Notes under the pieces: model-generated
What the model was told of the DNA's origin: nothing
The model's input: only the letters and a program-made list of their open reading frames with translations
The model's database searches: none
Shown here: positions 1-11,027 of the stretch, piece after piece
Layout: every line of letters begins with the position of its first letter
Numbering within the stretch: the stretch's first letter is position 1
Origin: a virus
Strand: one strand, 5' to 3'
IMG/VR virus record: IMGVR_UViG_3300032242_000550
Span: 64,001 to 128,000 of that record
Length of the DNA: 64,000 nucleotides
Program-made: the position numbers and the translations under genes

Positions 1-3000
1 GAAGGACTATCAGTACTTACGGTATAGTCAACTCCGCGAATTAATTGTGTAACTATACCTAATGTATTAGTTAAATAAACCAATATACCATTATAGTTAG
101 CTGTGGCAAAATTATATACTTTACTCAATGGATATATACTTACATCCAGTGCATTTGCAAAACTATAGGTATTAGAAATATATGCCGCTTTACTTGGCAA
201 CATATCACTCCAGAAGAAACTATTACTATCTGTTTTTGATTTAGTAATAGTATCTAACGCATCATCTAATAATGTTGCAGGTGATACACGTTGTACATAA
301 TCTGTTGTATTAACTGTATCAACCAATAATGTTTTAAAAGTAATATACTCTCTGCTGTTGTACATTAATGCATTAAACAAGTTATGATTTTGTTTACGTA
401 AAAATGTACCTGGCAATACTAAACTTGCACTATTTTGAATAATCTTATTACCATAAGGAACCATATTACCCAAGTCACGGTAATTGTTTGGACCAAATAC
501 TTCTCCGGTAGTGTTAGGATTATTGTAAAAACTACTTTGATATTGACCGCGAATATCACCCACGTTGACCATAGTGATATCAGCGTTTAATGGGTTATTA
601 TTTAAATTAATGGGTATGCCATAATAAGCAGTTTCACTTACTTGATTACTCAATAATAATATTTCAACTACTGTATCTATTGCTGGATTAGGTACACTAA
701 AGGTTACAATAGTTTGTGTATCATTTGTAGTTACCGTATAGTCACTTGTATATTGAATTTTATTATTAACAAAAAGTTGTATAGTAGGCCATGGACTATC
801 CATGTCAGCTAATTTAGCAATATCACATGTATATGTTGTAGTAGGATTATTAGCATAATAATTAAATTCAAATACTTGATATTGTACGCTAGGGCCAACT
901 GCTGTTTGCCAACCTAGTTGACGAATAGGAGTTGTTAGATTAGAATAGTCATAGACATATCCTGTATTAACTTTTTGTGTAATAGGTGTAGAACCATTAA
1001 CATAATTGAATTGTGCAGAATTTAATGATACGTCAAAACTAATATCACCTATATTGTTTACTGAACTATATGATAATGGAAATCCTAATATAGAATCATC
1101 TATGCCTGAACCTATAGCATAAGCAAATAATTTATTACCGGCAAATGATGTTCCTGCATAGACAGTACGATCACCAAAACTTATGCCGTTATTATCAAAT
1201 ATATCAAATAATGGTGGTTGATTTACTGTAGTTTTTTGTTGACCTGTTATCCAACTAGAACCGTCAAAGTAAAAATCCATACCTTTATAGTTATAACCTC
1301 TGAACACAACAGTTTGTTCTTCGGGTAATACAAGTCCATTATGATCTTCTGTTAATGTTATTACTTGTGGACTACCGGGTACTAGTGTACTAAATCTAAC
1401 TGTATATATTTTATTTCTAACAGTTATACTTTCATCGGCTGCAAATACAACTCTAGCACCATCAAATAATGCATAACTATCATTTTGAATATCGTTTGCT
1501 ATTAATGATGCGTTAGTACCAGTAGTAACGGTGTGTGAACCAGACCAAGATACTGTTAATATAAAATTAGTTGGGCTAGATATACTATCTATTACAGTAA
1601 TCTGACTATTTCTAGGCAATACATTAGTACTGTCATTTATATATTGACCAACTTGAAATGCTCCAGTAACACTAGATACAGGAACAGTAATAGTAGTACT
1701 AGTTCCTGCAACTAATAGTTGATTAATTGTTGCAGTATAAGCTGTATATACTTCAACGTCGGGATAATAGTTTTGTTGTCCTGCTACTAAATTTAATGCA
1801 TTTGTTGTTCTAAAGTCAATAAAATCAATTGTAGGTTTTGCAACAATACCAGAATTATATAAACGTAAGTTTGGATAAAACTCAATGATAGGACGTTTAG
1901 CTTTGTTATCTATAGTGGCATATAATGTGGCTAATTCTGGATTATTATTATATGTAGCTGTTGCATTAATTACATCAATATGAAACCATCTATTACTACG
2001 TGACCATGGATTTCTATCAAAACTATCTCTGGCTATAGTAATATAATCGGGCGTTACTGGTATATATAAATTAACGTCATAATTTCCAATATCATATGGT
2101 GTTGTATCATATGGTATATATGTACCTTGAGTAAAAGGTTCTGGTACTATTAATTCAGCTACAGGTACTAAACGAATTGCAGATCCCACACCTTCAACAT
2201 AATATTGATTATTATAGTAGCTACTAGGATATATATTTCCAGATAATATTACTTTCAATCCATTAGTAAACACAATACCGTTTGGTGAAGTGTATGTTTT
2301 TTTACCAATAATATCAGTAAGTACATTAATACGACTTGTTACGTTACTTGATATAATTCTAATTTGACCAACTTTATTACTTGATGTACCATCTTGGTAA
2401 TATAGTGTATCAAGTAGTGAACTTAAATAAGGTATTAACTGAATAGAATTGCTTGTGTTTCTATAAAAAGTTCTACCAATATATTCTGTTCCGTAATTAG
2501 CAGTAATGATTTCTTCTACTGGAATCGTACCACTATCAACTAATCTGATTACAGGATTAGTTGGATCACCTTCATATGTAATTGTGTAAAATGTAGCGGC
2601 TACATTGGTGAAATAACCACCGTCATAATTAATAAAATCTGTATTACTACCTGGTGGCACATAACCTGTAGTACCGCCATCTTCATCAAAAGGTGTTGTA
2701 CTATAGAACTTTGATACATAACCCATTGCTGTTGCAGTACCAGTACCGGTAGATGAACCAACATTTATTGCATCTATTACATCACCTATTGCATATGTAA
2801 TACCAGTTGTGTTTGCGATAGCGTTCCAATCAGTTGTACCTAAGTCATTTATTTTGTAAGTATTACCTATAACAATTTCATAAGATGGTACAGTAAAATT
2901 ACCATAGAACATTAATGTAAGACCTTCTAATGAGGTAATACCGTCTACGCCATTTACCAAATCACTGACCAATACACCATTAACCTGATCGTACGGCAAT

Positions 3001-3785
3001 GATGATACTACATCAACTCTATTGTTGCCGGGAAAATTATATTCAGATTGTGCATCTTTAAAGGGTACAGTAAATGTTACTACTCCCATTGATGTGCCGT
3101 TGTTGTCCACACCTAATATATCACGTGTTTGAATATTTGGTTGTGATGGATCGTATCCAGTTACACCAGGCTTACCCTGAATCCAAAATTGACTATCCTG
3201 ATCAACGGTAAAAGTATATATACCACCGCGCAATAAAGTAATTGACGGGTTGGTAGTGCCCTGTGCTTGACCATCTGCAGTTACCAAATAACCATTAGGT
3301 GTGCTAGTAATAATATATGTTGTGGCGTTGTAAACAGTTTCTGTACTAACAGTTACTGCTTCAGGGCCGTTCGGTAACCAATAGTATTGGTTAAAATTAA
3401 TAATTTTATCTAGGTTAGTAAAACTATCCCATGAATAGAATTCGCTATTGAATAGTCTATTGTTATTGTTTACTACACCGCCTTCTAGTGCCAATCCATC
3501 AACTATACCCGGATAGCTAATAAAGTCATTGGCGGTACTTGTGTCTTTCTTAAGAAAGGCTACCCCTGGATCAAGTTGGTAGTCTGTTCTAGTTTTAGTT
3601 GGTTCAGTAACATAATAATTTTTAGCATTAACACCATACCCAAATCTGCTACCTACATAACCCTGTATTCGTTTAGTATTTGGTTGGTCTACTATTTGAT
3701 CTAGTGTCGCATTTAAAAATTGACTATTGGTAGGAGTTTTAAATATTTCAGGTAGAAAATTTAATGTTCTAATTCTTGTTGCCAT
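1..3785 (-). CDS. Large baseplate wedge / virion structural protein (gp7-like by position), runs off window start
   Basis: ATG at 3785 (MATRIRTLNFLPEIFKTPTNSQFLNATLDQIV...). The same frame reads ...QLIRGVDYTVSTDSP at base 3 (both ends translated by hand). Not in the ORF track because it has no stop in the window. Directly downstream of the gp6-like gene. Confidence 0.7.
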   Translation of the reverse strand, partial: MATRIRTLNFLPEIFKTPTNSQFLNATLDQIVDQPNTKRIQGYVGSRFGYGVNAKNYYVTEPTKTRTDYQLDPGVAFLKKDTSTANDFISYPGIVDGLALEGGVVNNNNRLFNSEFYSWDSFTNLDKIINFNQYYWLPNGPEAVTVSTETVYNATTYIITSTPNGYLVTADGQAQGTTNPSITLLRGGIYTFTVDQDSQFWIQGKPGVTGYDPSQPNIQTRDILGVDNNGTSMGVVTFTVPFKDAQSEYNFPGNNRVDVVSSLPYDQVNGVLVSDLVNGVDGITSLEGLTLMFYGNFTVPSYEIVIGNTYKINDLGTTDWNAIANTTGITYAIGDVIDAINVGSSTGTGTATAMGYVSKFYSTTPFDEDGGTTGYVPPGSNTDFINYDGGYFTNVAATFYTITYEGDPTNPVIRLVDSGTIPVEEIITANYGTEYIGRTFYRNTSNSIQLIPYLSSLLDTLYYQDGTSSNKVGQIRIISSNVTSRINVLTDIIGKKTYTSPNGIVFTNGLKVILSGNIYPSSYYNNQYYVEGVGSAIRLVPVAELIVPEPFTQGTYIPYDTTPYDIGNYDVNLYIPVTPDYITIARDSFDRNPWSRSNRWFHIDVINATATYNNNPELATLYATIDNKAKRPIIEFYPNLRLYNSGIVAKPTIDFIDFRTTNALNLVAGQQNYYPDVEVYTAYTATINQLLVAGTSTTITVPVSSVTGAFQVGQYINDSTNVLPRNSQITVIDSISSPTNFILTVSWSGSHTVTTGTNASLIANDIQNDSYALFDGARVVFAADESITVRNKIYTVRFSTLVPGSPQVITLTEDHNGLVLPEEQTVVFRGYNYKGMDFYFDGSSWITGQQKTTVNQPPLFDIFDNNGISFGDRTVYAGTSFAGNKLFAYAIGSGIDDSILGFPLSYSSVNNIGDISFDVSLNSAQFNYVNGSTPITQKVNTGYVYDYSNLTTPIRQLGWQTAVGPSVQYQVFEFNYYANNPTTTYTCDIAKLADMDSPWPTIQLFVNNKIQYTSDYTVTTNDTQTIVTFSVPNPAIDTVVEILLLSNQVSETAYYGIPINLNNNPLNADITMVNVGDIRGQYQSSFYNNPNTTGEVFGPNNYRDLGNMVPYGNKIIQNSASLVLPGTFLRKQNHNLFNALMYNSREYITFKTLLVDTVNTTDYVQRVSPATLLDDALDTITKSKTDSNSFFWSDMLPSKAAYISNTYSFANALDVSIYPLSKVYNFATANYNGILVYLTNTLGIVTQLIRGVDYTVSTDSP

Positions 3786-3808
3786 TATTTCTCTCTATGG
3801 TTATATAT

Positions 3809-3816
3809 TACTTATC
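3809..3816 (-). promoter_or_regulatory. Putative late promoter variant GATAAGTA
   Basis: Overlaps the gp6-like stop, 24 nt upstream of the next ATG. The same octamer precedes the resolvase gene. Confidence 0.4.
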
Positions 3817-6800
3817 TTATCTGTAATTGTGTTGGTGTGAGAGCCGGTATCACAAGAACATCATTAGCTGTTGCGCCATTAGCAAATATTTCATATGGTG
3901 CTGATTTAATCTCATATAAATCTCCAAAATTCATAGTAGGATCATTAGGTACTAATACTGCTGAACTAATTAAACTTCCTACTTGAGCATGTAAATATGC
4001 ACTTAATTCGCTAAAGTAAAATGTATCACCAAAGTTCCAATTGTTAATATTAAAATATGTATTCATTGCAGATAATACGGCACTACGAATTTCACTATCA
4101 CTTGCATTTGTATTGCTTGCTTTAATAACTTTAACCGTTGCTCTTAATTGTAATGGAGCTTTAGGTCCAAACAACGGTAAGAACACTACGCTATTTAATA
4201 TAACACTATCACTTAACATTTTATAATCATTAACAGCACCGTATGCTTGTGTTAATTCATTAATTGTAGGTCTATCTGGCTCAGGTATAGTGTTAGTAAT
4301 ATCTTGTAACCAATTTTGATATGCAGTATAATACGCTTGTGTTACCACATACAAATCAATAATGTTTGTAGTAGCAGGGTCAATACGTGTAGTATTATTA
4401 CTGTTATGACGATATTGGAATTGCAATCCTTGACGGCCCGTTTGCATAATATATTGTGTTTGTTTAGTTACAATATAGAAAGGGGTATTCACAGTTTGAT
4501 TTTGTACAGTTGTATAAAAATTACCAACTGATCCGTCTAGATTAGTATCTGCATATGCATAGAATAACTGCCCTACAGGATATTCATACTTAACAACTTC
4601 AATTTGAGTTTTAGTTGGGTATTGATATACCACTTCACTTGAAGGTATTAATTGATAGCGTGATAAGTTAATAGCATCTTGTATTAGTTCAAAGAAGGTA
4701 TATACACCAATATTTGACCCACCATTTACATAACCTGTTACTTCACTAAAGAAATCTGGATTACTGACTAATGTTCTATCATTAACATCTATACTTGCTA
4801 TTTCAACTTCAAAATCATTTACATAGCCATCACTCTCAACCGTTTGTCCAATAATACTTGCAGTAACTGGTGTAGCTAATGGGTAATTGCTATTTGGTTG
4901 AGTATTGGTTGCCAATACTTTAACATAATCTTGTAATATCTTTCCACTAAACGGATCATATACTAGTTTACCAGTTTCAAATGTAAAACGTGTATCAGCT
5001 ACACTACCAAAATAATATCTCAATGAACGATATGTTATAGTATAACGGTTGTTACCTGTGCTTAAGAAGTTTACAAAGTAGTTACTGGCGTTATATGCAC
5101 CAATACTCCAACGATCTTGCGCTATAGTTAAACTGTTATCAAAAATCAAACTAAAACTTTGATTTAGTTCCATTCTAACTTGTGCTTCATATATTACTGT
5201 GTTATGCAATGAATTATCAAATGCGGGTAATATTGTAGATACGATAGCACCTTGAGGTACGTAACCATTTAATGTAATCGGGCCAGTACCATTACTAAAA
5301 CTACCTTGACCATTATTATAACCATCACCTGTTACATTTAATACGGTAGTCCATAAATATGTTTTATCAGATGGGCCTGGGATACCTGATATTAAACGAT
5401 TAGTATCACTAAAATAATAACCACTAGGTGCGACAAATTTCATCATTGCACCTTTGGTTGCATATTTCATATTATGTGTAGAATATGTTCCTACTGGTAT
5501 AGGAGTATTATCACTACCATTAATATTATAGAAGTAACCAGTTAAACTATTAGCATCAACTGTTTGTTCTTGCCAATATACAACACCGTCACCGGATGAA
5601 GTGTTAACTGGATAACGTGTATAGTTTTGTATATAATATTGTCTTGCACGATTGTCTGCCAATAATACAGCTAACCTATCTGTTAAGAAGGTAATGATAT
5701 CGCCGGTTGTTGTGATAGTTAATAGTGTACTACCTTCAGTACTATTTTGATATATACCGCCGTCGTTGGCAAAACTATTAGTGCTGGAGTATTTCCCAGT
5801 TGGATCTAACAGGTCTAAGTTTTTTGACACACCAACACTACTACGGTTAATAGCTTTGCTTTTAATAATAGAACTGTATAATGTATATGGGAAATTGTTG
5901 TAATCTTCACCATTAACCATTCTGTTCTGTGTGTAATAGCGGGAAGGGGCACGTTGTTTAATATTTGCTAATGTTTCTCTTGCCTGTGCGTTTGACACTG
6001 GTGTCTGTAATTGTAATCCTAATGTAAGTGTTTCTGTTCGTCCTGCCCTACTAATATAACTTATTGATACTGATAGATTTTGCATCTCAGTTGGATTAAT
6101 AGTATATGTCAATGCATTACCTGCACGTACATATGCTCTAAATGTTCCAACTGGGATCTGGGAAAATACTCCATCACCAAAAACGTAACTAACCTGATCA
6201 TTAAATCTGGAACCCACAGAGAATATTCTACGAATACTACCTTCAGTTTGTAAGTATGCATCCGCATAAACATTTTCTACTTGTTTCCATAATGTTCTAT
6301 TTGTAGCACTGGTATTATCAGTACTCAATTGATACAACCAAGTATCTGTGTTATTAACACCCTGAATATCACCAATGTCAACTACTTGGTTAGATATTTG
6401 CTGTGCTAAATTAAAATCAAAATTCTGTAAATTACCTTGTTTAAAATAGAAAAAGAAACCTGTATTTGGGCTACCATAACCTAACTTATCATTACGATAA
6501 GCTATATTCATTCTACCACTAGGTACAGGTGGAATCTCGTAAACATAATCTTCATTTAAACTAGTTGAACTAACTAATTCAAAATTCATTGATTGATTAT
6601 CTACTACAGCAGTGAACGGTACAATTGGTAATATATTCTGGGGAATATTAATAGCATACTCATCTGTCTTAATACCTGATATTTGTGCTGTGTTTCCTGG
6701 ACGCCCAATACGTTGTGTGTTAATTAATGTAGCATTAATAATCGTATTGAACTGCTCTAACCAATTGATGTTTGCAGGATCATTCCATAATACTGTTTGA

Positions 6801-7216
6801 TTACTTAAATTATAACCATTTAAGTCCGTGATGTTTTCACTGGTTTGAATGCTTACTACTTTAATATAACCCTGACCAGCTAGATTGCGTTTAGGAGTAT
6901 AGCTTACTAGATTAGCTAGTTTAACTACGCTATCTCTACGTTCAGCAGTATCAATAAAGTTTTCACGTGCATTTAAATCACTACGGAAAGCTAAACCCTG
7001 ACCCATAAACGCCATAACGTCCATTAGTGCAATAAATTCACTTGATTCTATGTAATCATTAAAGGTTTCTGGATAGTAAACACGTAGATAGTCAATGAAA
7101 CTTTTACGTAGTGTTTCATAGTCATATGAACGGAAATCGGCTTCACGGAAGGTTTGATAGATTGCCTTCCAATCGTTGACGCCGAATAATGCTGATTGTC
7201 GTGAGCTGGTTGCCAT
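3812..7216 (-). CDS. Baseplate wedge subunit, T4 gp6-like
   Basis: 1134 aa with DFRSYDYETLRKSFIDYL..YPETFNDYIESSEF, ENFIDTAERRDSVVKLA..VSYTPK, FGDGVFSQIPVG and RAPSRYYTQNRMVNGEDY, typical of gp6/baseplate-J proteins. Confidence 0.85.
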   Translation of the reverse strand: MATSSRQSALFGVNDWKAIYQTFREADFRSYDYETLRKSFIDYLRVYYPETFNDYIESSEFIALMDVMAFMGQGLAFRSDLNARENFIDTAERRDSVVKLANLVSYTPKRNLAGQGYIKVVSIQTSENITDLNGYNLSNQTVLWNDPANINWLEQFNTIINATLINTQRIGRPGNTAQISGIKTDEYAINIPQNILPIVPFTAVVDNQSMNFELVSSTSLNEDYVYEIPPVPSGRMNIAYRNDKLGYGSPNTGFFFYFKQGNLQNFDFNLAQQISNQVVDIGDIQGVNNTDTWLYQLSTDNTSATNRTLWKQVENVYADAYLQTEGSIRRIFSVGSRFNDQVSYVFGDGVFSQIPVGTFRAYVRAGNALTYTINPTEMQNLSVSISYISRAGRTETLTLGLQLQTPVSNAQARETLANIKQRAPSRYYTQNRMVNGEDYNNFPYTLYSSIIKSKAINRSSVGVSKNLDLLDPTGKYSSTNSFANDGGIYQNSTEGSTLLTITTTGDIITFLTDRLAVLLADNRARQYYIQNYTRYPVNTSSGDGVVYWQEQTVDANSLTGYFYNINGSDNTPIPVGTYSTHNMKYATKGAMMKFVAPSGYYFSDTNRLISGIPGPSDKTYLWTTVLNVTGDGYNNGQGSFSNGTGPITLNGYVPQGAIVSTILPAFDNSLHNTVIYEAQVRMELNQSFSLIFDNSLTIAQDRWSIGAYNASNYFVNFLSTGNNRYTITYRSLRYYFGSVADTRFTFETGKLVYDPFSGKILQDYVKVLATNTQPNSNYPLATPVTASIIGQTVESDGYVNDFEVEIASIDVNDRTLVSNPDFFSEVTGYVNGGSNIGVYTFFELIQDAINLSRYQLIPSSEVVYQYPTKTQIEVVKYEYPVGQLFYAYADTNLDGSVGNFYTTVQNQTVNTPFYIVTKQTQYIMQTGRQGLQFQYRHNSNNTTRIDPATTNIIDLYVVTQAYYTAYQNWLQDITNTIPEPDRPTINELTQAYGAVNDYKMLSDSVILNSVVFLPLFGPKAPLQLRATVKVIKASNTNASDSEIRSAVLSAMNTYFNINNWNFGDTFYFSELSAYLHAQVGSLISSAVLVPNDPTMNFGDLYEIKSAPYEIFANGATANDVLVIPALTPTQLQIR

Positions 7217-7235
7217 AGTGGTATTCTCTTTTAAG

Positions 7236-7243
7236 TATTTATC
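7236..7243 (-). promoter_or_regulatory. Late promoter GATAAATA
   Basis: T4-type TATAAATA variant 20 nt upstream of the gp6-like ATG. Confidence 0.6.
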
Positions 7244-7270
7244 TTAAATGAAAACATCACTTTTGGAAGA

Positions 7271-7720
7271 TTATTGGATTACTGCGGTATTTGTGCTATT
7301 ATTGAAGAAAACACTAAGTGTTTGTGCATTGTTAAATGGAGTAACAGCTAACTCTACTTCAATTAATATACCGTTTTCTTGTGGATATGCGCTGATAGTA
7401 TTAATTATCAATCTTGGATCTTGATTAGCTACTCGTCTAATCTCAGTTTCTAATTTGTTCTGTACATCAAACGTATTTGGTTCAAATACAAAGCTCCAAA
7501 GAGTTGTACCATATCCAGGATTACCGACTTTTTGACCCTGTTGTATGTTTAGTGCATTGATAAAATCTTGTATGACTAATTGTTGGTCAACTAATCTATA
7601 CTTCTTTCCGGGTATTACGGGTGATACCATAGAACCTACACCACCTGCTATTCCCGCTGGTAAGTTAGTAGAACGGGGCTTGTTAGCGTTAATTGTACTG
7701 AAACCTACGTATGCTGGCAT
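7271..7720 (-). CDS. Baseplate wedge subunit, gp25-like
   Basis: 149 aa; D..LVIQDFINALNIQQGQKVGNPGYGTTLWSFVFEP...I.RV...DPR matches the GPW/gp25 pattern. Confidence 0.85.
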   Translation of the reverse strand: MPAYVGFSTINANKPRSTNLPAGIAGGVGSMVSPVIPGKKYRLVDQQLVIQDFINALNIQQGQKVGNPGYGTTLWSFVFEPNTFDVQNKLETEIRRVANQDPRLIINTISAYPQENGILIEVELAVTPFNNAQTLSVFFNNSTNTAVIQ

Positions 7721-7724
7721 ATTT

Positions 7725-10700
7725 TTATCCTATACTTTTATTTAGTTTTATTTGAGAAAGTGTCTCTGCGGCTAATTTGTTTAATTTTAGCCCGTTTAAA
7801 AGTTCTGATTTAGCTGTTGCTTCTGCTTCTTGAATAGCCGGATCACCTGCAGGTAATTCTTGTTTTGCTTTTTCGGCGGCTGCTGTGGCTTGTATTACTT
7901 TATCTTTTGATTCTTGTAACTGTGCTTGTAAATCTTTAAGTTTTGCTAATCCAGCCTTATATGTATCTTCATTAGTGCCGCCGTAGTTTGGTGCTGGTAT
8001 TTTTGCATCACCTAATAAACTAGTAACTTGTGATGTTAATTCACTACGGTCTGTCGTATTAACAGCTACAGTAGGTAACTTAATTTGCACAGCTCCGCCC
8101 GAACTCATTGAACTAATAGCGGCGTTTAATTGTGCCGCAGCACCAGCCGGTAGTCCTGCACTTGCTAATGTAGCCAATGATAGTTTTCCACTCTTTAAGT
8201 CATCCAATCCTTTTGTCAATGATCCAGCTATTCCGTTTGCGGCACTTAATGCTCCAGAAGATGCTAATGGATTACCTGATGCTAAACCTGCTATACCATT
8301 GGTAATTGCATTTGCTTGTCCAATTAATCCAGTTACTGCACTAACACCCGGTACATTATTAATTGCACCGGCGGCATTATTAACCACAGAAGCAACTACA
8401 CTTGCACCACCGGGTAATGCACCCAATCCAGTAGATAGATTTGCTGTTGTTCCTAATGCTGTTTTTATTAACCCTGAAGCTGCACCTGCAACTCCTGCAA
8501 TTGCGCCAGTTAATCCACTAGTTACTGCTCCTACTGCTCCACTAATAGCATTGGTCAATCCACCTGTTACTGCACCTAATGCGCCAGTTAATCCACCTGT
8601 TAATCCACCTAATGCCCCGGTTAATGGGTTAGCAACCGGAGCTTGTGCGGCTGCTTGTGCTTTTTCTGTTATATCTTTAATGTTTTGCGGTACACCTGCT
8701 TTTAGTGTTGGTAATGCGCCGGTTATTGCAGCAAATGCACTACCAGCAACCCCTTTAGCACTATCTAATAATCCTGCTATACCAGCAACAGCACCTTTAG
8801 CCATTCCACCTAATGCTCCTGCAATGCTACTTAAACCACCTGTTACAGTGCTTGCTAAGTTACCTGCAAAATTACCCGCAGACATTAAACTACTAGCTGA
8901 TCCTAATACACTATTCAATGCTCCAGTAGCAGCTCCAACTACATTTGATATAGCACCATTCACTGCACCTACAACTGAGTTAGCGGCATTACTGACAAAA
9001 TTAACTGTATTTTGTACACCTGCTGTTGCCGCTGACATTACTAAACCTGCAAGTTGTGTACCAGACTCTTTACCAGTAATTAGTCCTGTTTGTGTTAATG
9101 CTGTTTGTGCTTGCTGTAATCCAACAACTGCTCCGGCAACTTGCGCTGTTGGGTTGTTTACGTAATTAGATAGACTAGCTACACCATCTTTGCCTGTAAA
9201 TAAATTTGGGGTCAATGCCTGTTGTATTGTTTTTCCACCTTGTACTAAATTATTAACTAATGCACCTGCACCCGGTTTTATATATCCTTGTACTTCTAAT
9301 TGCGAAGGGCTTTGTGCCATCTGTCCTGCTACTGCGACTGGTCCTGTTGCAGTTTCTACTACACCAGCACCTAATTTAACTGCGGCTGCAGCCGGTCCTG
9401 TTGCGGCTAAAGTAGATAGTTGACCAACCATTGTTCCTGTTGTATTTTTATCTAATGCCGCACTAATTGCCGATGATGGAGGAACGGTAGATGCAACTGC
9501 GACACTTACTGGATTAGTAGGTGCGCCTGCACTAGCATTAGCGGCTGCCACTGCAGGACTAGGTGCAGCTGGTAATGCCGCGCTTGCATTATTATTAACT
9601 TTAACATCTACACCTTGATTTGCACTAGCCCAGGGTGCATGTGCAGGTGCTCTACTTACAATACTTAATAACTTACCCGGTGCAGCTACCCAACCCTTAA
9701 CTGAATCATTTAATGTATCGGTGTGAGCTACTATTGGTAAAGGTTTCACTTCTTGTGGTACTAAGCTAGATGAACCTGTATTCAAATTAATCTTGCTACC
9801 ATTAAAATATGTTATAGCATCACTATAAAAAGATGCGTCGGCTGCACTGGCAAAACTCATCTTACCATCTACTTTAGTTGTGTACTTACCGGAAGCATAT
9901 AAACTAAAATCTGTTCCAACTTTTTGTGTGGTCTCTTTTTCACTACTAATTGCAATAGTATCTGCACTAATATTCAATGCTTTACCTGCATTGATATTAA
10001 TATTGTTATCTGCATGTAGGTTTAAATCACCCTGTGTTCTTACATTGAACGAGTTAGTAGAGTACATATCAATAGTACCCTCTTTACCTAACTCAATATA
10101 ACTTTGTCCATTAGCATGAATAATGAATAATGTTTGACCATCATCACTCATTAGTATTTGATGTCCTAAACTACTACGTATTCTTACTAATTGATCTTTA
10201 CCTAGAATATCCCCGTCATCCATAACTAAAGTATGTCCACCTCTACGTGCAACAACTTTTAAACCGTATATATCGCCTTGTGTATTTCCATCAAGTTTAC
10301 TAACTATATTCTCATCAGTATACCCACCTTCGTATATAGGTCTGCCCGGTGTGCTTACTCCCCATCCAACACGACTTGGAGTTTCACGTTGTGCGCTTGA
10401 ACCAATTACACCTCTAATAGGATCTCTAACTAATCCTTGTTGTGCTAATATACTAGCAACATAACTATGTACGGGTTTGGCGTCAGTTAAAAATGTCGCA
10501 CCATCTGCTATTCCCGAATTATTTGTGTTAATATTAGTTACCGGCAATCTAACAGCACCGCCCAAACCTTTTGCTTCACCTGCATTTGCTACAATATTAT
10601 CTGTGCCACCTATTGCCGGCACCATTTGTAGTGCTTCGGGTTCTGGAACACATCCTATCCAATAACCATAGTTAGGATCACCATTAATGAATATACATAT

Positions 10701-11024
10701 AACAGTTGTGCCCAAATCAGGCTGGCTATTCCACATACCATAACTATTGGGATTTTTTACGTATTCCCCCCAACCCGTATTTGCACTAGACGGTTTGGTT
10801 ACCCCATAGAAGGGACTCATATAACTTACTGTTATCCATGCTCTACTATCATCAGGGTTTTGTCCCCCTAAATCACTAATATAAACTTGTAATCTACCAG
10901 AACGAACTGGATCAATGTTATCTTTAACAATACCAAATAGTGGTACACTACGTATTACAGCACCACCTGCATTTGGCTGACTTGCTTTAGTACTACCTCT
11001 AGGTTTTATTTCATCATATGCCAT
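7725..11024 (-). CDS. Baseplate central spike, gp5/VgrG-like, with long Ala/Gly-rich C-terminal extension
   Basis: N-terminal OB-fold GIVKDNIDPVRSGRLQVYI and GMWNSQPDLGTTVICIF; beta-helix GHTLVMDDG, GHQILMSDD, SYIELGKEGTIDMY; no lysozyme domain seen. Confidence 0.8.
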   Translation of the reverse strand: MAYDEIKPRGSTKASQPNAGGAVIRSVPLFGIVKDNIDPVRSGRLQVYISDLGGQNPDDSRAWITVSYMSPFYGVTKPSSANTGWGEYVKNPNSYGMWNSQPDLGTTVICIFINGDPNYGYWIGCVPEPEALQMVPAIGGTDNIVANAGEAKGLGGAVRLPVTNINTNNSGIADGATFLTDAKPVHSYVASILAQQGLVRDPIRGVIGSSAQRETPSRVGWGVSTPGRPIYEGGYTDENIVSKLDGNTQGDIYGLKVVARRGGHTLVMDDGDILGKDQLVRIRSSLGHQILMSDDGQTLFIIHANGQSYIELGKEGTIDMYSTNSFNVRTQGDLNLHADNNININAGKALNISADTIAISSEKETTQKVGTDFSLYASGKYTTKVDGKMSFASAADASFYSDAITYFNGSKINLNTGSSSLVPQEVKPLPIVAHTDTLNDSVKGWVAAPGKLLSIVSRAPAHAPWASANQGVDVKVNNNASAALPAAPSPAVAAANASAGAPTNPVSVAVASTVPPSSAISAALDKNTTGTMVGQLSTLAATGPAAAAVKLGAGVVETATGPVAVAGQMAQSPSQLEVQGYIKPGAGALVNNLVQGGKTIQQALTPNLFTGKDGVASLSNYVNNPTAQVAGAVVGLQQAQTALTQTGLITGKESGTQLAGLVMSAATAGVQNTVNFVSNAANSVVGAVNGAISNVVGAATGALNSVLGSASSLMSAGNFAGNLASTVTGGLSSIAGALGGMAKGAVAGIAGLLDSAKGVAGSAFAAITGALPTLKAGVPQNIKDITEKAQAAAQAPVANPLTGALGGLTGGLTGALGAVTGGLTNAISGAVGAVTSGLTGAIAGVAGAASGLIKTALGTTANLSTGLGALPGGASVVASVVNNAAGAINNVPGVSAVTGLIGQANAITNGIAGLASGNPLASSGALSAANGIAGSLTKGLDDLKSGKLSLATLASAGLPAGAAAQLNAAISSMSSGGAVQIKLPTVAVNTTDRSELTSQVTSLLGDAKIPAPNYGGTNEDTYKAGLAKLKDLQAQLQESKDKVIQATAAAEKAKQELPAGDPAIQEAEATAKSELLNGLKLNKLAAETLSQIKLNKSIG

Positions 11025-11027
11025 ATA

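Noticed and set aside
8299-9165. 288-aa plus-strand ORF
   Set aside because: Antisense shadow of the Ala/Gly-rich gp5 extension; no RBS or promoter.
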